DNA from: Oligoflexia bacterium
GTDB taxonomy: Bacteria; Bdellovibrionota; UBA1018
Direction: 5' to 3'
Assembly: GCA_963758495.1 (NCBI GenBank)
Contig: CAVWVI010000003.1
Location: 288,001-352,000 of the forward strand
DNA: 64,000 nt
Both the position numbers and the translations under genes were made by a program. The stretch's first letter is position 1. The number at the start of each line of letters is the position of its first letter. Shown here piece after piece: positions 38,769-47,541 of the stretch. The notes under the pieces are model-generated. The model did no database searches. It was not told where the DNA came from and saw only the letters and a list, made by a program, of their open reading frames with translations.

Positions 38769-38789
38769 CTGCGGGGCATATGCGGGACA
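38769..38789. repeat. Putative integrase arm-type site (right copy)
   Basis: Identical to 7592-7612. Confidence 0.7.
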
Positions 38790-38919
38790 TGCTGCCGCGA
38801 CAATGTCCAAAATCATTTGGAAATTTGTAGCCAGTTTCGACAAGATTGAAGGTAGAAGATTGGGGTCGATTTGGGTGAAAAGTGAGTAATTACAAGAAGT
38901 TAATACTAACTCAGGCAAC

Positions 38920-38967
38920 CGCCCTTTCACGGCGGTAACCGGGGTTCGAATCCCCGTGGGGACGCCA
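38920..38967 (+). repeat. attR core (displaced tRNA-Glu 3' part)
   Basis: 48-bp identity to 7445-7492; no tRNA 5' half upstream. Confidence 0.95.
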
Positions 38968-39003
38968 TTTTATAATGATGATTGTTTAAGTTTTGAAACT
39001 GAT

Positions 39004-39030
39004 AACCCCGCGATAATAAGCGGGGTTTTT
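39004..39030 (+). terminator. Intrinsic terminator, probably the pre-integration tRNA-Glu terminator
   Basis: aaccccgc-gataataa-gcggggttttt. Confidence 0.75.
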
Positions 39031-39097
39031 CATTTGTGGGAACGCAAGTTCAGCTTGCGTTTGGAAAGCAGGAGTTTCGTTTGGGATAGGAGAAAGA

Positions 39098-39463
39098 TTA
39101 GAGTTTTGAGGAATTTTCGGACTGGTAATGCTGACGTGGGAGCCAGGTATAGTGGAACGAAAATGAGGGTGACCAACCGAGCTGGCTAAGGATCGACGCA
39201 TCGTCGCCACGGACATGAATATGACCGCAAGTTTGTTTGAGCACTCGAGATGGGATTGATTTACCGGTAGCAGCTTGGGTAGCTAATTTTACGAGCTTAC
39301 GGATATATTCAGAACTCAGATTACGATTGTGCTCACATTGGGGATCTAGGAATAGCGGTGTTTTTGGGAAGCTCGCTTTGGGCTGGATTTTTGTATATCG
39401 ACTTTGCCAGTGCTCAATAAACCGCCTGTAAGAAAGCAAGCGATTTTTGATACACATCTCCAA
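39098..39463 (-). pseudogene. Degenerate tyrosine recombinase-like C-terminal fragment
   Basis: PLF....LSSEYIRKLVK..SRVLKQT...LGWS.....Y echoes box II with catalytic residues lost; no good start. Confidence 0.35.
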
Positions 39464-39879
39464 TCACCTTTGTTGATATTTTAATGATCAACGCTGGCAT
39501 CCCTGGACTCCGCACTAGCTCAGAATCTGATCCGTAAGTGAAATCGACGCAAATACGATCTTCAATAGAGGGACCACTTTTTTATGATTGCTTTTCAATT
39601 GTCTAAATAGAAAGTCCGTTTAAACACGCCTTCATTCGCCTGTTTGGGCCTCATTGCTGAACCGCGGATAGTATTGTTCGGCTTCAGGTCCAGAGTAACG
39701 GTTTTTAGGGCACCCTTAAAAGTGCCCCGTTACTCTGGACTCGTCGCCTGTGAAAAAATCGTCGACCGAACAATACGTATTTTTGAATACAGCCCGTGCC
39801 ACGTAGGTAGGTGGGACATCTTGCGACGCCCACCCCCATTAGAACTGTGCATGCTCTATTAAAGCACACAGCTCCCTCA

Positions 39880-41178
39880 CTAACACCGGACGGACTCCGG
39901 TTGTATCCTCGAGCTAAAGAACAGATTTCGCATACGAGGGTTTTCGGGAAATCGCACTTTTTCTAAGACTTTAGAGAATCTTACCCAATCAAAACTCCGT
40001 TTCTGACTTCGTCGATTTAGGTATTTGAAAAGCAATTTCTTCACTTCATGAATGAACTGATTGACTCGCTTCTCATTATCATTGATCGCAAAGTAGTTGA
40101 TGTACCCTTCTGTCACCGATTTCATTCGAGGAAGAAGGTTCTTATCGTGACGGTGATTTTGAATATGGCTTTTGAGTTCTCCTATTTTCTTGCGAAAACG
40201 CTTGGGACACGTGCGCCGTTTCACACGCCAGAACCTCTTGCTATCCTTCTTCCTAATTGAGATACCCCAAACATGAAGAAATCCCAAAAAGGTGAAGGTT
40301 GGCATTTCGGAACCTTTCAGAGCATAGCTGGCTGCGGTTCTTTGTCCGCATGCCACAATTTTAGTCTTCTCCTCATTGAGACTAATTCCAAATTTATTTA
40401 ACCTTTCTGTGAGTGATTTGAGAAATGTCTCTGCATCCACGAGGCTTTCGAAGGTGAAAACCGCATCGTCCGCGTAACGCACTATGCGTACTGTTCCTCG
40501 GTAAGACTTCTCGTTGATCCAGCAGAACCACATATCTATCACATAATGAAGGTATAAATTTGAGACCAGAGGTGAAAGAATTGAGCCCTGTGGAGAGCCT
40601 AATTCATTTCGCACTGGTATTCCTTTCTCATTCAAGGTGGGAGCTTTGAGTAGTTTCATAACTAATCTCAAGAACCTTTCGTCCGTTATCTTCATTTTGA
40701 GAAAACGAAGTAGTGGTTCGTGAGGGATTGTGTTGAAGTATTTTCGCAAATCAATGTCCAGTGCTGCAGCACATTTCCATCGCATCAGGTGCTCATTTAA
40801 GGCAATTAATGCCGTGTCACATCCCCTCTTGGGTCTGAATCCGTGGGAGCAATTCAGGAACCATGGTTCATATATTCTCTCAAGAATTCTTCGTACAGCT
40901 TCTTGCACAATTTTGTCTTCAAAACAAGCTATGGCAAGAGGTCTGGTACTCCCGTCAGCTTTCGGAATCTCTCGAATCCTAGAGGCTTGAGGATGATAAC
41001 TCCCTCTGCGAATTTTAGTTAGAAGACCTGTCAAATTCCCATTGAGATTCTTTCCGTATTCCTCCTTTGTTATTCCATCTATTCCCACAGCTTTGTTTCC
41101 ATCAAGGCTGTGATAACATTCGCGTAGGACTTCAAGATTAATAATATGTCCAAGGTTATTGAACACCGCCTTTCTATC
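39880..41178 (-). CDS. Group II intron reverse transcriptase/maturase, main part (first 25 codons displaced to 42735-42809)
   Basis: GIDG, IPKADG.TRPL, GSPQGSILSPL, YADD, FTFLGF; no endonuclease domain. Confidence 0.92.
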   Translation of the reverse strand, partial: DRKAVFNNLGHIINLEVLRECYHSLDGNKAVGIDGITKEEYGKNLNGNLTGLLTKIRRGSYHPQASRIREIPKADGSTRPLAIACFEDKIVQEAVRRILERIYEPWFLNCSHGFRPKRGCDTALIALNEHLMRWKCAAALDIDLRKYFNTIPHEPLLRFLKMKITDERFLRLVMKLLKAPTLNEKGIPVRNELGSPQGSILSPLVSNLYLHYVIDMWFCWINEKSYRGTVRIVRYADDAVFTFESLVDAETFLKSLTERLNKFGISLNEEKTKIVACGQRTAASYALKGSEMPTFTFLGFLHVWGISIRKKDSKRFWRVKRRTCPKRFRKKIGELKSHIQNHRHDKNLLPRMKSVTEGYINYFAINDNEKRVNQFIHEVKKLLFKYLNRRSQKRSFDWVRFSKVLEKVRFPENPRMRNLFFSSRIQPESVRC

Positions 41179-42724
41179 CTTTCTTTTACCCATTTATACC
41201 TATGTGTCATAGTACCAAAAATTGCTAAATAATCCTTCGAGTTAGCCCTTTCGAAGGAGGGAGCAATGGAAAAAAATTGGATTGCAGAAGAGCTGGCCGA
41301 AGTAGATTTTGGGGATGCTCGTCTCACCGCAAGATGCTTGCAAGTTGGCACAGATTTTCTGAGTTGTCCCACCGCTTCAACAAATAAGGCAAGTGGAAGC
41401 TGGGCTGGAGCAAAGGGGGCATATCGCTTTTTCGACAATGAAAAGGTAATGTGCGCCGAGATGTTGGAGATTCATGCCAAAAAGACAGCAGACAGAATTT
41501 CTCAACTCCATAAGCACCGACCTGTATTGGTTATTCAAGATACTACTGTTTTAAACTATGCAGCCTTTCAAAGTTTAGAAGGGGTGGGAACTTACGCGGC
41601 AAAAGTAAGGAAAACAAAAAAATCGAGTTATATAAAAGCTCTCATGATGCATTCGAGTTTTGCTATTCGGGAAGATGGGTTTCCTTTAGGGTTGCTTGAT
41701 CAAAAGCTCTACAATCAAAAAAGAAGAAGGAAGAAAAATATTCAACATCATCTTCCAATTCAAAAGAAGGATAGTTTCCGTTGGCTGGAATCAGCTCAAC
41801 ATATTTCTAAGTTCATAGATAGGGATCGTGCTTTAATACATGTCTGCGATCGTGAGGCGGATATTTTTGAATTTTTCGATGAAGTGAAAAAGTATAATCA
41901 TTTTTTCTTAGTAAGAGCTGCATCTGACAGAGTTATAGGTGAAAAGTATTGGAAAGCAGACGGACATCTTTGGGAAACAATGGGTGAGCAAGAATTGCAA
42001 GGATTAATCGAAGTAGATATTCCTGCAAAGAAGAAAGATCCGGCAAGAAAAGCAAGCTGTGAAGTTCGCTTTGAAACTGTTATATTTCCCCCTCCTTTCC
42101 GATCCGCAAACGTTAACGCAAAAAAGCTTGAAAAAGTAGCAGTACAAGCGATCTGGGTTAAAGAAGTAGGTGCTCCTCGGGGAGTAGAGCCATTGGAATG
42201 GATGCTCTTAACGAATATGCCGATATCTTCTTTCGAAGAAGCGTTAGAAAAAATAAACTACTATTCATTAAGATTTCAAATTGAGACCTATCATAAAATT
42301 CTCAAGTCTGGATGTCGCATTGAAGAGAATCGATTTGAAAAATCCGAGAATTTAAAAAAATGTCTAACGCTTAAAAGTATAGTCGCAATTCGTCTTTTTC
42401 AACTGACCTGGGAAGGTCGAGTAAACCCAGACAAACCATGCTCAGAAGTGCTTTCCGAATCTGAATGGAAGGCACTCTATTGCTATATTCACAAAGTAAC
42501 CGAAGCACCTAATACACCTCCCTCTACTCAAGAAGCTATCTTAGAAATTGCAAAGCTTGGGGGATTTCTTGCCAGGAAGCATGATGGCGAACCCGGACCA
42601 ATAGTGATTTGGAGAGGGTGGGAGGAATTAATGAGAATCAAACGCATGTATGAAATTTTTCATCACCTATTGCCATTAGATAATGGCCCCAAATGGAGCG
42701 GGGCGATATATGGGTAAAAGAAAG
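41179..42724 (+). mobile_element. IS4-family (IS50/Tn5-like) insertion sequence, 1546 bp
   Basis: 15-bp TIR ctttcttttacccat; 10-bp target duplication cctttctatc at 41169-41178 and 42725-42734. Confidence 0.95.
41266..42717 (+). CDS. IS4-family transposase
   Basis: W..EEL....FGD.RL, QDTT, DREAD, Y..RFQIE..HK.LKSGC (YREK), LGGFL.RK.DG.PG. Confidence 0.95.
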   Translation: MEKNWIAEELAEVDFGDARLTARCLQVGTDFLSCPTASTNKASGSWAGAKGAYRFFDNEKVMCAEMLEIHAKKTADRISQLHKHRPVLVIQDTTVLNYAAFQSLEGVGTYAAKVRKTKKSSYIKALMMHSSFAIREDGFPLGLLDQKLYNQKRRRKKNIQHHLPIQKKDSFRWLESAQHISKFIDRDRALIHVCDREADIFEFFDEVKKYNHFFLVRAASDRVIGEKYWKADGHLWETMGEQELQGLIEVDIPAKKKDPARKASCEVRFETVIFPPPFRSANVNAKKLEKVAVQAIWVKEVGAPRGVEPLEWMLLTNMPISSFEEALEKINYYSLRFQIETYHKILKSGCRIEENRFEKSENLKKCLTLKSIVAIRLFQLTWEGRVNPDKPCSEVLSESEWKALYCYIHKVTEAPNTPPSTQEAILEIAKLGGFLARKHDGEPGPIVIWRGWEELMRIKRMYEIFHHLLPLDNGPKWSGAIYG

Positions 42725-42734
42725 CCTTTCTATC

Positions 42735-42809
42735 CCCTCGCGATCTTTGCTCTACTCGGTCTAGTTTTGTTGGCAGGTCTAAGTGGGCCCTATGCTGAGT
42801 GGCTCGCAT
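42735..42809 (-). pseudogene. Displaced N-terminal 25 codons of the intron RT
   Basis: MRATQHRAHLDLPTKLDRVEQRSRG joins in frame to DRKAVFNNL once the IS and one target duplication are removed. Confidence 0.8.
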
Positions 42810-43514
42810 CCTGTTTCTCTTTTCCGATTGTTAGTTACTGGGGCCCTTCCCTCCACGGTCATTACTCGCTTCCCAGGTACTACAACCCCTCGGTCATCCC
42901 AAAGCTCATCACACCTCACTTAGGTTGCATCCGTTGTAAGGCATTACAGTATCCTACTGAAGTTTGGGACTTCCCAAGTTGACTCACTGGTCTCTCCACA
43001 CATGCCAGGCTCTTTGACTCCGCTGGGTCCCGAGAGTCTCGCTTTAACGACTGCCAGGATTTAGGCTTCCATCTTGTCAACGACGTCGCCCATTTCAGAA
43101 ATTCATCAAATTGTCGGAGCTCTTTCACTTCACGCTTTCGCATTCCGGCCTATGTGGTTCGCTCCATACGCTTGGTGCGCCCCGTTGCCGGGGCTGGTCA
43201 CCCAATGTTCGCTATGACATAGAGTAGCTACCTCCTTTGTCAGCAGGACTCACACCTGCTAGACCAGTGGCCCTTCGCTTGGCGCACTGACAATTTTGGA
43301 TATAATACGGGGGCGTGCCAGTCGCTACCTTTGGGCCTGTCTTATCGTTAGACGACCACGCTTCCTAATGGGCCTCATCCCCCATCCCAAGCAATCAGTA
43401 TCCCTTCCAGAGATCTTCCACTGACCTTCAGTTTGAACGTCCTACAAGGAGGAACAAATTCGGTCTTCAGGATACGCCTATTTTCCATGCGTAATCAGAT
43501 TACTTGAAATGTTT

Positions 43515-44558
43515 TCAAACGTCTTTATTTAGCATTTTACGAAATTGAGCTTTCTCCTCTTGTTGCTTTTCATAGTCATCTTGATAAGTTCCATTATTCT
43601 TAAGAAGGGCTATACTGAGTGCCGCAATTTTTCTAGCTAGAGCCCTTTTAGCGTCCTGATAAGGAATCTCTTTTCTTTGTTCTTCGTAATAATTTCGTAA
43701 GAACCCTTCACTTCTCATTGCACTTTCGGCTGCTCCTAAAAAAACTTCTTTTAGATCTGCCCTTCCATGAATTTTTTTATTTCCATAGATTTTTCCATCA
43801 CTCATTTGGATATGTCTTGCCAACATACAATAAGCCCAGAATTGGTGTTTATTCTTAAAACGGTGCGGTGTGCAAACTACAGCTGTGATAATACTTGCTC
43901 GAACCGTACTAATCCCGGGAATAGTCATGAGATTTTTAATAGGTTTATATTTTTTAGAATTACGCTGAAGAACCTCACGGTATTCTCGTTTTCTTTTCTC
44001 TAAACCATCAATCTGCCAATAAAGATTCTCAGCAACAAACCGTGCACTCTCATGAGACAGTTCTTTTAATCGGTCTCTCGTTTTTTCATAAAAATCTGTT
44101 TGTGATGTATCGATCGCCTCGGATCTAAATACTGCCTTCAGTCTATTCTTAGTTCGAATGATTTCTTCTACTAAGGCCAAATAGCCGTACACTAGAACCC
44201 TCAGCTGGATCCAGTGACTTTCATCATGATAAACGGCAACCAAATGCCCCGTTCTAAGTTCCTGAGCTAAATGTAGAGCATCTCTAAAGTCTGTTTTTGT
44301 TCCCTGTTTTTCAGCTACATAAACAGGATTACAAACTACCAGGTGATCTACCTCTTTTTTTAGTATGATATACAACCACTGAGCCAGATGCATTTCTTCA
44401 AATGTCAGGAACTTCTTCCCCTTAATCTTTCTTATGAATCCAAGTAAATTTGCCTCTGTAGTGGCAAAATTTTGGCGATCAATATTTTTCCCTTTTTCAT
44501 CCACGACTGCGACGGTTGTTGTTGCTGCATGTGCATCCATTCCAATATAATAGTTCAT
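43515..44558 (-). CDS. IS110-family recombinase/transposase
   Basis: YIGMDAH, KTDFRDA (RuvC-like DEDD domain), LMTIPGI, FWAYC......SDG; RBS aaggaggg. Confidence 0.92.
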   Translation of the reverse strand: MNYYIGMDAHAATTTVAVVDEKGKNIDRQNFATTEANLLGFIRKIKGKKFLTFEEMHLAQWLYIILKKEVDHLVVCNPVYVAEKQGTKTDFRDALHLAQELRTGHLVAVYHDESHWIQLRVLVYGYLALVEEIIRTKNRLKAVFRSEAIDTSQTDFYEKTRDRLKELSHESARFVAENLYWQIDGLEKRKREYREVLQRNSKKYKPIKNLMTIPGISTVRASIITAVVCTPHRFKNKHQFWAYCMLARHIQMSDGKIYGNKKIHGRADLKEVFLGAAESAMRSEGFLRNYYEEQRKEIPYQDAKRALARKIAALSIALLKNNGTYQDDYEKQQEEKAQFRKMLNKDV

Positions 44559-44713
44559 AACAACGTTCCCTCCTTGGCACGCTGGTTAGACTGGTTGAAA
44601 CTACTTTACGAAGCAGTTTCTATTATACCACTCCCCAGATTGAGGCCCATTGAGCGATTAGCCCACAAAGCTTACGGTCTTAGTACCGCAGCTCTGAGGG
44701 GACGTTGCTTTCT

Positions 44714-45190
44714 TACATTGTCGCTAGTGATGGTTGGACAGTACAGCTTATAGCTAGATATAAAGCGACAAATACATTTGAATCGGCGACAACGATTTCC
44801 ATCTAGAGTAGCCGCTGCAGCTCTTCAGTAGTTAAATTAAGAAGTTTTAAAGCCTCGATTTTACCAATTACTTTGCGTCTAAGGGCTTTAATAACAGTCT
44901 CTTCTAAAATTTTATCAAGAGGAACTGACTTTGGACTATATTCTTCGGGTCGATACCCTAATTCATCAGACTCATCCATTAAGCGATTTTTTCAAAAATC
45001 AGAAAATTCATTGAACTTGGGTTCTGAAATCTTGTTCAGATCTCGAAGACTGAAACAAATCATTAGAAAACTAACTTTAAACCGTTTACTCAGTCGAACT
45101 ACATCTCTCGAAGTAACATCTCCAGACAGAGATAGCCCCATTTCGTCGAAAGTTTTTCGCAAAAGATCTACCGCCCACCTAAGACATTTG
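44714..45190 (-). pseudogene. Remnants of an ImmA/IrrE-type C-terminus (internal stop at 44992) and the start of a PIN-like gene
   Basis: VVRLSKRFKVSF...FSLRDLNKIS, then in frame ...VIKALRRKVIGKIEALKLLNL to TAG 44803; adjacent ATG 44802 gives MEIVVADSNVF. Confidence 0.45.
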
Positions 45191-45214
45191 CTACGCTCTT
45201 TCATGATGAAGATC

Positions 45215-45637
45215 ATGAATACTTGGCAGTTTTTTGCCTTTGGCTCCGCGTTCTTTGCGGCGTTGACTGCTATTTTTGGCAAAATGGGTGTGAGCGGCAT
45301 CAACTCCGATCTCGCAACCCTAATCCGAACAGTGGTGATCGTCTTCGTGACTGCTTTTGTAGTGAGCCTTCGGTCTGAATGGCAGCGATTGGATTCAATT
45401 TCACCTAAGACCATCCTATTTTTGGTTCTCTCGGCAATCGCAACTGGGCTTTCGTGGTTATGTTACTATCGGGCTCTTCAGATGGGCCCTGCCTCGCGGG
45501 TTGCCCCAGTGGATAAACTCAGTGTCGTCATGGTGATGCTATTGGCTTTTATTTTTCTAAAAGAAACAGTGGGCTTGAAGGAAGTGATTGGCGGCTGTCT
45601 GATTACAGCGGGGGCAATCATCATCGCATTAGCTTAA
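45215..45637 (+). CDS. EamA/DMT small transporter
   Basis: FAALTAIFGK.G, ATGLSWLCYYRAL, VAPVDKLSVV; the longer ORF-track start looks spurious. Confidence 0.9.
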   Translation: MNTWQFFAFGSAFFAALTAIFGKMGVSGINSDLATLIRTVVIVFVTAFVVSLRSEWQRLDSISPKTILFLVLSAIATGLSWLCYYRALQMGPASRVAPVDKLSVVMVMLLAFIFLKETVGLKEVIGGCLITAGAIIIALA

Positions 45638-45687
45638 TGGTCTCTATAGGAATTGGGCGAGACAAAATATGATGAGGGGGGAAGTAA

Positions 45688-46758
45688 ATGAAATATTTAT
45701 TTCAAAAATTAATTAACGTCGGCTCTGTTGCCGTGTATGCATTTTCTCTTTGGGCAGTTTGGGGGACAGTTTGGGGGACAGTTTCGGCACACGCGCAGCT
45801 GGAATCAGAAAAGAAGATTTCATACCGATCCGATACTGAAATTCCTTTCGGCGGAAATGGTGGCTGGGATGATTTGAGTATTGATCCCGAATCTCATCGA
45901 CTTTTTCTCAGTCATTCTGATCGCGTTGTTGTGATCGACACTACAACAAACAAAGTGATCAAAGAAATTACTGATACCCCCGGTATACATGGAATTGCGC
46001 TTGCGCCACGTCTAAAGAAGGCTTTTTCCAGTAATGGGAAAGAAGGAAAAGTAAGCGTGATTGACTTGAACGCTCTTACAACGAAATCGAAAATAGCCGT
46101 TGGTGAAAACCCGGACGCGATTCTATTCGAGCCAAAGCATGAGGAGGTGTATGCGTTCAACGGTAAAAGTCACTCGGTTTCAATTATCGACGCAAAATCA
46201 GAAAGGGTCGTGGCAACGGTTTCGTTACCAGGAAAACCCGAATTTGCTGCGGTTGATCCTGATTCAAACCGCGTCTTTGTAAATATCGAAGACAAAAATT
46301 CGATCGTCGCTCTGGATACGACAACGCATACCGTTCAGGCGGTCTGGACCCTTGATGGCTGTGAAAGTCCTTCTGGCATTGCGATTGATCGAAAGAACCA
46401 TCGGCTGTTCAGTGTTTGCGAAAATGAAAAGATGGTCATGATCGATTCCGTAATGGGGAGAACTATCGCCTCAGTTCCGACTGGTCAGGGTACCGACGGG
46501 GCTGGTTTTGATCCCGCTCTTATGCTGGCGTTTAGTTCAAACGGAAAAAGTGGTACTGTTACCGTCGCTCGAGAACAGGAGCTGGAGAAACTGGTAGTGG
46601 TTCAAACGATTAAAACCCAGCTCGGTACTCGGACGATGACACTCAATCCAAAAGATCATCGCCTCTATCTTCCGACCGCTGAATTCCAACCCAATAAAAA
46701 GGGTGAAAGACCTAAACCCCTAGATGGTTCTCAAAAGGTTCTGGTATTTAAGCCATGA
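45688..46758 (+). CDS. YncE/YVTN beta-propeller protein
   Basis: GGWD.L.ID...RLF; repeated VSVID...I.VG..P blades. Confidence 0.88.
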   Translation: MKYLFQKLINVGSVAVYAFSLWAVWGTVWGTVSAHAQLESEKKISYRSDTEIPFGGNGGWDDLSIDPESHRLFLSHSDRVVVIDTTTNKVIKEITDTPGIHGIALAPRLKKAFSSNGKEGKVSVIDLNALTTKSKIAVGENPDAILFEPKHEEVYAFNGKSHSVSIIDAKSERVVATVSLPGKPEFAAVDPDSNRVFVNIEDKNSIVALDTTTHTVQAVWTLDGCESPSGIAIDRKNHRLFSVCENEKMVMIDSVMGRTIASVPTGQGTDGAGFDPALMLAFSSNGKSGTVTVAREQELEKLVVVQTIKTQLGTRTMTLNPKDHRLYLPTAEFQPNKKGERPKPLDGSQKVLVFKP

Positions 46759-47522
46759 GTTCAGTTCAGGACGCCAAAGAACAATCGGATTTCATCAATA
46801 AATTACCTCAGATCACTGCGGCTTTTTGGATCATGAAGATCGCGGCGACTACGCTGGGTGAGACAGGTGGCGATTGGCTCTCGATGACCATGAACGTGGG
46901 TTATCTGGTAAGCACTCTCATCTTTTTTGGCCTTTTTGTCATTGCGTTGGGAGCTCAGCTTTTTTCTAAACGACATCACCCTTACCTTTATTGGACGGTA
47001 ATTATAGCGACCAGCACTGCTGGAACTACGATGTCGGATTATATGGATCGAAGCTTAGAACTTGGATACGCCAAGGGTGCAGCGATTCTTGTAACTCTGT
47101 TGATGATTTCCATTTCCGTCTGGCGGTTGACAGTAGGCAACGTATCAGTTGACCCTATCCGCACCCGAAAAGCAGAGGTCTTTTACTGGGCCACTATTCT
47201 TATCTCAAATACATTGGGAACTGCTCTCGGAGATTTTCTTTCCGATGATTCCGGACTTGGATTTTTTGGAAGTTGGTGCCTGATCACAGCTATTCTGGCT
47301 ATTATTCTGCTAGCTCACTGCTTCACTCAATTACCGAAAATCTTATTGTTCTGGCTAGCCTTCATTTTGACTCGTCCTTTTGGTGCAACCTTGGGTGACG
47401 TTTTGACAAAAACCCATGACAAGGGTGGGCTTGATTTTGGTAGGGGCTATTCCTCTCTGATCCTTTTAGGTATTCTTATCATTATGATTCAATGCTCATA
47501 CAAGAACAGCTGTAGCGGTTAA
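46755..47522 (+). CDS. COG4705-like membrane protein
   Basis: FWIMKIAATTLGETGGD, NTLGTALGD, LTRPFGATLGD repeats. Confidence 0.85.
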   Translation: MSSVQDAKEQSDFINKLPQITAAFWIMKIAATTLGETGGDWLSMTMNVGYLVSTLIFFGLFVIALGAQLFSKRHHPYLYWTVIIATSTAGTTMSDYMDRSLELGYAKGAAILVTLLMISISVWRLTVGNVSVDPIRTRKAEVFYWATILISNTLGTALGDFLSDDSGLGFFGSWCLITAILAIILLAHCFTQLPKILLFWLAFILTRPFGATLGDVLTKTHDKGGLDFGRGYSSLILLGILIIMIQCSYKNSCSG

Positions 47523-47541
47523 AAAATAAATCTATTAAAAA

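Larger units (their letters stand above)
7445..38967. mobile_element. Integrative conjugative-like element (~31.5 kb) in tRNA-Glu
   Basis: Identical 48-bp direct repeat of the tRNA 3' part at both ends; tyrosine integrase, xis, coupling protein, VirB4-like ATPase and ParA inside. Confidence 0.92.
38700..38967 (-). other. Displaced 3' segment of the integrase gene (alternative C-terminus of the excised form)
   Basis: Same frame as int across the att core (GVPTGIRTPVTAVKGR), then open for 72 more codons to TAA at 38700. Confidence 0.7.
39803..43287 (-). mobile_element. Group II intron (~1.93 kb once the IS is removed), interrupted by an IS4 element
   Basis: 5' GTGCG at 43287; domain V gagctgtgtgctttaatagagcatgcacagttc and domain VI ending cctac just after the RT stop; 3' end approximate. 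Confidence 0.88.

Noticed and set aside
38920..38967. Second tRNA-Glu gene
   Set aside because: Only the 3' 48 nt are present; this is the attR core.
39880..41193. Retron, DGR or defence-type RT
   Set aside because: Domain V/VI follow the stop and a GTGCG 5' end is present; no retron VTG motif or TR/VR pair was seen.
42683..43143. ORFs 42683-42982 and 42916-43143
   Set aside because: They lie within the IS end and the structured intron RNA and show no protein motifs.
44873..45214. N-terminal extension of the EamA ORF
   Set aside because: It is the antisense shadow of the ImmA-like remnant; family similarity begins at 45215.
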